Assembly: GCA_965213925.1 (NCBI GenBank)
Contig: OZ243927.1
Coordinates: 416,001 to 480,000, forward strand
Direction: 5' to 3'
Source: Trueperaceae bacterium
GTDB taxonomy: Bacteria; Deinococcota; Deinococci; Deinococcales; Trueperaceae
Length of the DNA stretch: 64,000 nucleotides
Numbering within the stretch: position 1 is the stretch's first letter; every line of letters starts with the position of its first letter. This document shows positions 58,129 to 64,000 of this stretch, piece by piece. A program made the translations under genes and the position numbers. The notes below the pieces were generated by a model. That model had not been told where the DNA came from. It saw nothing but the letters and a program-made list of their open reading frames with translations, and made no database searches.

Positions 58129-58541
58129 TGTACAGCGCAGCGGGCGTGGCGATTCTGGGCGTGGCGAGCTTCTTCATCTACCAGGCGCTCTCCTCGAGCC
58201 TCGTCTACTTCATCTTGCCGAGTGAATACGCCGCCAACCCGAGCGAATACGACGGACAACTCATCCGCTTAGGCGGCATGGTCGCCGAGGACAGCGTGAA
58301 CTACGACAGCGATAACGTGACGCTCACCTTTCACGTGACGGACAGTATCGAGGCGTATCCGGTGAGCTACCCCGCTTCGCCCCCCGAGTTGTTCAAAGAG
58401 AATACAGGCGTCGTGATTGAGGGCAGCTTCGATGGCGATACGTTTATCGGCGACAACCTTTTGATTAAACACAGCGAGAACTATCAAGCCACCCAAGGCG
58501 AAGAGGTTGATCTCGAGCTACTAAAGGACAGTTTGCAATGA
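58128..58541 (+). CDS. ccmE: Cytochrome c maturation heme chaperone
   Basis: LVYFILPSE, RLGGMV, PELFKE and KHSENY (HxxxY). Start ambiguous: GTG 58128 or ATC 58116. Confidence 0.85.
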   Translation: MYSAAGVAILGVASFFIYQALSSSLVYFILPSEYAANPSEYDGQLIRLGGMVAEDSVNYDSDNVTLTFHVTDSIEAYPVSYPASPPELFKENTGVVIEGSFDGDTFIGDNLLIKHSENYQATQGEEVDLELLKDSLQ

Positions 58542-58553
58542 CGGAACTTTATA

Positions 58554-60548
58554 ATGGATAACTTCTTTACACTCAGTTTAGGGCAGTTGGGCGGCTCGAG
58601 CGTCCTCCTAGCGGTTGGTGTCATTATTTACGCGATCGTTACGGGTATTTTAGGGGCAGTGCGCCAGGATGCGCGGCTCCAAACTTCGGCGCGTTTCGCC
58701 GCCGTTGCCGCTTTTCTCGCGACGACGACTGCTGTTTTGGTGATGGAAGCCGCGCTCCTCACGGACGACTTCAGCGTGAAGTACGTAGCGGAACACTCGA
58801 GCCGCCTATCGCCGCTGTGGGTCAAAATCGTGACGCTCTGGGCGGCGTTAGAAGGCTCGGTGCTCCTCTGGGCGTGGCTCTTGACGGCGTACACCGCCGT
58901 TCTCGCCATGACCGCGCCGAACAACGCTTTGCGCCCTTGGGCGCTCGTCACCATGCAGGTCGTTCAGCTCTTCTTCGTGGGCATCGTCGCGACGATTGCG
59001 AATCCCTTTATCGTGCTTGCCAATCCGCCGCTAGATGGACCTGGACCCAACCCGCTCCTGCAAAACCATTGGATGATGGCGGTGCACCCCTTCTTGATGT
59101 ACTTGGGCTTCGTCGGCTTGACCGTACCCTTCGCTTTTGCCATGTCCGCGCTCATCACCAGACGCCCCGGCTCGGAGTGGATGAGCCAGACGCGGACGTG
59201 GACCTTGACGGGCTGGGGTTTCCTAAGCGCCGCTATCATCGCGGGCGGCTGGTGGAGCTACGAGATTTTGGGCTGGGGCGGCTACTGGGCGTGGGACCCG
59301 GTGGAGAACGTCTCGTTCTTGCCGTGGCTTACAGCGACAGCGTTCATCCACAGCGTCCAGGTGCAAGAGCGGCGGCGGATGCTCAAAGCGTGGAACATCT
59401 TGCTCATCACGCTGACCTTCGCGCTTACGATTTTAGGGACGTTCCTGACGCGCTCGGGCGTCGTCTCGTCAGTTCATGCCTTTGGGGACGGACCCGTCGG
59501 ACCCGCCTTTTTCGTCTTCTTTATCCTCACTGTGCTTATTTCGTTCGGACTTTTAGCGCTCAGGTGGGACCAGGTGCAAGACCGGGCGGAACTCGATTCG
59601 CCGGTATCACGCGAAGGCAGCTTCTTGTTCGGCAATGTGCTCTTCTTGGCGATGGCGTTCACTATATTGCTCGGCACGCTCTTTCCCCTCATTGTCGAGG
59701 CGACGACGGGCAACAAGGTCACGGTGGGCGCGCCCTTCTTCGATCAGGTGAGCATCCCGATTTGGCTCGTCGTGTTCGCGCTGATGGGCGTCGGACCGCT
59801 CTTGCCCTGGCGCAAAGCGGACAATCAATCTCTCCTAGTCAATCTCGCGTGGCTCGTCGGGGGCGGCGTTCTGACTGGGCTCGTCGCGTACCTCTTGGGC
59901 GTGCAGAAGCTCTACCCTCTGCTAACCGTTGCGCTCGCGGGTTACAACCTGGTCAGCGTCGGGCTACTGTTGAGTGGTGCGATTCGTCCTAGAGTTCGCG
60001 CCACCAAACGGAGCGTTGCGTCCGTTTTCGGACAGTACGCCTTGGAGAACCGCCGCCGCTTCGGGTCGATTATCACGCATCTAGGCGTCATCGTGATTGC
60101 GCTAGGCATTGCAGGCAGTGGCGGCTACCGCGTGGACGAACAGGTGCGCATCAACATCGGCGAGAGTGCGATGTTTAGAGGCTACGAACTCTTCGCGCAA
60201 GATATCTTCATGGAACGGACGCCCGCACGCATCAGCTCAGGTGGCGTCGTGGAGGTGCGGCGGGACGGCGAACTCGTGACGACGATGCGCCCTCAAAACA
60301 ACCTCTTCGCAGGCTCGCAGCAGCTCGTACCCACGCCCGACGTATACTACACGCCCCTTCACGACCTCTACCTCAACGTAAGTACGGTGCGACCCGGTCA
60401 AGACCACCTCATCTTGCGCGTGGTGCAGAGCCCCTTAGTCACCTGGATTTGGGTAGGCGGCTTTATCCTCGCGTTCGGCACGGTTTACAGCCTTATTCCG
60501 CAGCGCGAGCGCAGACCGCGCACAGAGAGTAGGGCGGTGACGGCGTGA
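58554..60548 (+). CDS. ccmF: Heme lyase CcmF
   Basis: EGSVLLW, NPLLQNHWMMAVHP, WGGYWAWDPVEN and SVHAF. Confidence 0.95.
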   Translation: MDNFFTLSLGQLGGSSVLLAVGVIIYAIVTGILGAVRQDARLQTSARFAAVAAFLATTTAVLVMEAALLTDDFSVKYVAEHSSRLSPLWVKIVTLWAALEGSVLLWAWLLTAYTAVLAMTAPNNALRPWALVTMQVVQLFFVGIVATIANPFIVLANPPLDGPGPNPLLQNHWMMAVHPFLMYLGFVGLTVPFAFAMSALITRRPGSEWMSQTRTWTLTGWGFLSAAIIAGGWWSYEILGWGGYWAWDPVENVSFLPWLTATAFIHSVQVQERRRMLKAWNILLITLTFALTILGTFLTRSGVVSSVHAFGDGPVGPAFFVFFILTVLISFGLLALRWDQVQDRAELDSPVSREGSFLFGNVLFLAMAFTILLGTLFPLIVEATTGNKVTVGAPFFDQVSIPIWLVVFALMGVGPLLPWRKADNQSLLVNLAWLVGGGVLTGLVAYLLGVQKLYPLLTVALAGYNLVSVGLLLSGAIRPRVRATKRSVASVFGQYALENRRRFGSIITHLGVIVIALGIAGSGGYRVDEQVRINIGESAMFRGYELFAQDIFMERTPARISSGGVVEVRRDGELVTTMRPQNNLFAGSQQLVPTPDVYYTPLHDLYLNVSTVRPGQDHLILRVVQSPLVTWIWVGGFILAFGTVYSLIPQRERRPRTESRAVTA

Positions 60549-61171
60549 GTGACCAGACGAATAAGGCTGTCAATAATAGCGTCAGCAGCGGTGCAGTGGA
60601 CGGCTCTAGTGGAGCAAACGCAAACGGCCTAAAACGCCTTCTCATCGTCGTGATCGTCGTGTCGCTGCTCGGCGCACTTTTCGCCTACGGGCTCCTCACC
60701 GACCAGCGGGACCGCAGCGACATCGGCTCGCCGCTCATCGGCAAAGAGTTGCCCGGATTCACCATGCCCCTCTTTAGCCGCTACGAACCCGAGTACGGCG
60801 AGACCTTCGCCTACGCGAATTACGCCGGGCAGAGGCCGATGGTCGTCAACTTCTGGGCGTCGTGGTGCGCGCCCTGCTTCGCGGAAGCGCCCGAGTTGCA
60901 AGCAGCAGCGGAGGAGTACGGAGACGACGTGCTCTTTGTCGGCATCAACACGCAAGACAGCAACGAAGAGAATGCTCGAGACTTCCTGAACCGCTTCAAC
61001 TTAACCTTCCCCAACGGACGCGACGCGCAAAGCCGCGTGAGCGTAGAGTACGGCATCTTTGGGCTGCCCGAGACCTTCTTCATCAACGCGGACGGGACGC
61101 TTAACTATAAGCACGCCGGACCGCTGACCCCTGAGATTCTCGCGGAGCAGACGCAAGCTCTGATTCAATAG
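60545..61171 (+). CDS. ccmG: TlpA/CcmG thiol:disulfide oxidoreductase
   Basis: NFWASWCAPC and GLPETFFI. Confidence 0.85.
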   Translation: MSDQTNKAVNNSVSSGAVDGSSGANANGLKRLLIVVIVVSLLGALFAYGLLTDQRDRSDIGSPLIGKELPGFTMPLFSRYEPEYGETFAYANYAGQRPMVVNFWASWCAPCFAEAPELQAAAEEYGDDVLFVGINTQDSNEENARDFLNRFNLTFPNGRDAQSRVSVEYGIFGLPETFFINADGTLNYKHAGPLTPEILAEQTQALIQ

Positions 61172-61180
61172 TGGTTTTTA

Positions 61181-61639
61181 ATGACTAGATTTTTTATCTT
61201 CCTTCTTCTCTCTTTGCTCGCCTTTTTTGTAGGGGCGCAAGAGGTCCAGCTCGAGGCGCAAGTCTTCGATATCGCCCGCGAACTGCGCTGCCCTGTCTGT
61301 CAAGCTGAATCGGTAGCCGATTCAAATTCAGCAACGAGCATCGAGATGCGCAACATCATCAACGAACGCTTGCAAGCAGGCGACAGCCGCGCAGAGGTGC
61401 TCGACTATTTTAGAGCGCGCTACGGCGACTGGATTTTACTCTCGCCGCCTAAGCGCGGGCTCCATCTCTTTGTTTGGGTCGTGCCTATCTTAGCGGGACT
61501 TCTGCTCGTCGCGGGGCTCGTCTACTATCTGCGCCGCTGGACGCGCAACGCGGAAAAACCCATCGAGGCGGACGAGGCGGAGTTGGAGCGGGTGAGGCTC
61601 GAGCTAAACCGCCAAAACCAAAGAGGGAGCGAAGCGTAG
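61181..61639 (+). CDS. ccmH: Cytochrome c-type biogenesis protein CcmH
   Basis: LRCPVCQ and RYGDWILLSP. Confidence 0.9.
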   Translation: MTRFFIFLLLSLLAFFVGAQEVQLEAQVFDIARELRCPVCQAESVADSNSATSIEMRNIINERLQAGDSRAEVLDYFRARYGDWILLSPPKRGLHLFVWVVPILAGLLLVAGLVYYLRRWTRNAEKPIEADEAELERVRLELNRQNQRGSEA

Positions 61640-62920
61640 ATGGGCATCGTCGTTATCGTCCTCCTCGCCGCCATGATTTTCGCCTACCTCGCTATCCCAC
61701 TTCTCCTACCGAGCCAAGCGGACCCGCTGCCGAATCTGCGGGACCCCATTACGCAAGACTTGGAAGAGGAGCGCGACGCCCTCTTCCGGGCGATCCGCGA
61801 ACTCGATGCCCGTGAAGACCTCCCCGAAAAACGCCGCGCCGAACTCCACGCCCGCTACGAGGCGAAAGCAGCCAAAGTTCTGCGTGCGCTAGACGAACGC
61901 CAAGCCAAACTGAGCGGACAGCCAACGGTGAAGCGTCCCACTACCCCGCGCCGCGTGCCTTACGCCGCGCTCAGCTTGCTCGGCATCATGGTCGTGAGCG
62001 CGTCGCTCTTGGGGGGCAACCTCGCCGCGCGAGTTGGTGAAGATGCGACGGTGACGACCTCGGATGAGGGGCAGCTCGAGGCAGGACGTCAACTCTTAGA
62101 ACTCCAAAACGCCGTCCGCCGCGACCCTACTGAAGAGACGCTCCTCTCTTTAGCCGACGCCTACTGGCGCTTAAATGACGCCGATCAAGCCGAGGCTACG
62201 TATCAGCGCGTCATCGCCGAGGTTGACCCGACGCCCGCCGTCGCCTACCGCCGCTTAGGATTTTTGACTTTGCAAGAGGACACGCAGGCTGCATTAGGTT
62301 ATCTGGAGCGGGCGAGAAACGCCGACCCGCAGGACTTAGAGACCCTCTTCGCGTTAGGTGAACTCTACTTTGCGATGGGCAACGTCCAGGCGGCTGAGGA
62401 AACCTGGGAGAGCTACTTAGCTGCGCCCGGCGGAGCCGAGGACCAGGAGGTTCAGGCGCGGCTGCAAACCGTTCGCGAACTCGCGCCGCTGGTGCAAGCT
62501 GCTACCGATAATCCGTCTGAGGCGAACCTCATCGCCTTAGCCGACGCCTACTGGCAACGCGAGGAGCGCGAGAGCGCCTCGAGCGTCTACTTGCGCGTTT
62601 TATCTGAAGTCAACCCCAACAACGCTCAAGCCATGAGCCGCATCGGGCAGATGCTCTTCTTTAGCGGGCGTAACGAAGACGCGGTTGCCGCGTTAGAAAG
62701 AGCGCGAACCGCCAATCCTGAAAACCTTCAGACCCTCCTCTTCTTAGGCAACGCGCACTTCAGCTTAGGGCAGTTTCAAGCCGCGATTGACGTGTGGGAG
62801 TCCTACGTCGAGGTGGCGGGCGGACCCGAGCGGGCGGGGCGTGTGCCGAGCTTGATTCAGGGTGCGAAGGACAGGCTGAGTAACGCGCCGCAAAACAGCC
62901 AGGACGACGGGACCTCTTAA
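61640..62920 (+). CDS. TPR protein, CcmI/CycH-like
   Basis: N-terminal TM, RELD motif, second TM, multiple TPR repeats. Confidence 0.75.
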   Translation: MGIVVIVLLAAMIFAYLAIPLLLPSQADPLPNLRDPITQDLEEERDALFRAIRELDAREDLPEKRRAELHARYEAKAAKVLRALDERQAKLSGQPTVKRPTTPRRVPYAALSLLGIMVVSASLLGGNLAARVGEDATVTTSDEGQLEAGRQLLELQNAVRRDPTEETLLSLADAYWRLNDADQAEATYQRVIAEVDPTPAVAYRRLGFLTLQEDTQAALGYLERARNADPQDLETLFALGELYFAMGNVQAAEETWESYLAAPGGAEDQEVQARLQTVRELAPLVQAATDNPSEANLIALADAYWQREERESASSVYLRVLSEVNPNNAQAMSRIGQMLFFSGRNEDAVAALERARTANPENLQTLLFLGNAHFSLGQFQAAIDVWESYVEVAGGPERAGRVPSLIQGAKDRLSNAPQNSQDDGTS

Positions 62921-62928
62921 CACTGAGT

Positions 62929-63540
62929 ATGTCAGATACGCCATCCGACAAGGAGGAAGAGGTGAGAGAGGAAACCCGAGCCTCTTCCTCCGAGCCTCCC
63001 ACGAGTGAAGAGCGCCGCGCCGTCATCAAATGGCTCTGGCGTGTGCCCGTTTTAGCTACGCTCGCCGCCGCAGGTTGGGGCGTCAGAGAGGCCTATCAAG
63101 TCCACTTCAACAAGGCGCGTCCCGACGAAAACCCGGCTTTCACTCCAAAGGTTCCTCAGCGCGTCGCCGCTTTATCTGAATTTGGAGAGGTCTGGAGCGC
63201 GCTCCCCTTCGTTTTAGAGGGAACGCCCGCGCTCACCTTGCGTCTACCTGAACCTATTTCAGGGGGGCTCGAGGCAAATGGCAACCACTACGCCGCCTTT
63301 AGTCAGGTCTGCACGCACCTGGGCTGTTTAGTCAATCTGAACGACAACCTCGAGGCCATCAACTTCGCCTTCAACTACCGCACCGAGCACCCCGCGCTGG
63401 TTTGCCCCTGTCATTTGAGCGTATTCGCGCCCTTGGAGTCAGGCAGAGCGGTGAGCGGTCCGGCGGTGGAGCCGCTGCCGAGGGTGCAGCTTAAGGTAGA
63501 AGGGGATGCGCTCTTTGCGGTAGGGCTGGAAGAGGGTTAG
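62929..63540 (+). CDS. Rieske 2Fe-2S protein
   Basis: CTHLGC and CPCH motifs, GPAVEPL, and an RR-containing N-terminal anchor. Confidence 0.88.
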   Translation: MSDTPSDKEEEVREETRASSSEPPTSEERRAVIKWLWRVPVLATLAAAGWGVREAYQVHFNKARPDENPAFTPKVPQRVAALSEFGEVWSALPFVLEGTPALTLRLPEPISGGLEANGNHYAAFSQVCTHLGCLVNLNDNLEAINFAFNYRTEHPALVCPCHLSVFAPLESGRAVSGPAVEPLPRVQLKVEGDALFAVGLEEG

Positions 63541-63755
63541 GGGAGATTCTCAAGTTTAACAACCTCAAAAACTCTTTGAAGCCCTTCGGTAGTCGGATCG
63601 TAGCCATAATTCACCTGACGCATAAGCTCAGCGGCTTCTAAACGTTCTGCTGGCGTGCGGCTTAGCCAATACGCTTTATCGTCGCTCTCCTCGTGTAAAG
63701 ACGCAACCGAAAAGGCTGTTTTATCGAGTTTAATAGAGGGAACGTCGCTCATCAC
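63537..63755 (-). CDS. Small hypothetical protein
   Basis: 72 aa, YWLSRTPAERLEAAELMR; RBS GGTGAG. Confidence 0.55.
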   Translation of the reverse strand: MMSDVPSIKLDKTAFSVASLHEESDDKAYWLSRTPAERLEAAELMRQVNYGYDPTTEGLQRVFEVVKLENLP

Positions 63756-64000
63756 TCACCATTATAAACTAAAGCAATTAACATAAACACTGAGCTTGAA
63801 TCACGCAAGTATCATTCCTTAAAATGCGTGCTAAACCGCGTTCTCTCTTCTCAGATTGGCTCAAACCAAATGATACTTGCTATAATCGTCGCACCACCCA
63901 GCACCTCAGCCTCTTTACTTCTTGCTAAACTACGCTATGACCCAGGCTGCACCCAAACCCGCGCCCCACGTACTTACGGTTCGCCCGGCAACGGCTCACG

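Overview
Bacterial chromosomal window, roughly 60% GC. The gene complement and the over-abundant CTCGAG hexamer suggest Deinococcota (Trueperaceae/Meiothermus-like); this is inference. The standout is 27.48-31.84 kb: a near-consensus sigma70 promoter precedes a non-coding array of six Y RNA-like elements, interleaved with two CCA-ending tRNA genes and a triple-repeat leader ORF, followed by a Ro60/TROVE gene (rsr) and the RNA ligase rtcB. The six elements share a Ro-binding bulged stem and a TTAYC motif but carry different payloads. Three payloads are circularly permuted tRNAs that retain anticodon loops (TCT/Arg, GAA/Phe, GTC/Asp). Other notable loci: a putative sphingolipid/ceramide cluster (SPT-like, GNAT, CPBP, SDR); selD-selU; a KaiC-like ATPase with a REC-GGDEF-EAL protein; catalase-ankyrin; a ulaG-ABC sugar operon; a SWIM/HEAT/MoxR/VWA (YehQ/L/M/P-like) operon; glycan genes; and a full ccdA-ccmA-I cytochrome c maturation operon. 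Intergenic regions carry at least three families of interspersed repeats. All calls come from reading the sequence; no searches were run.
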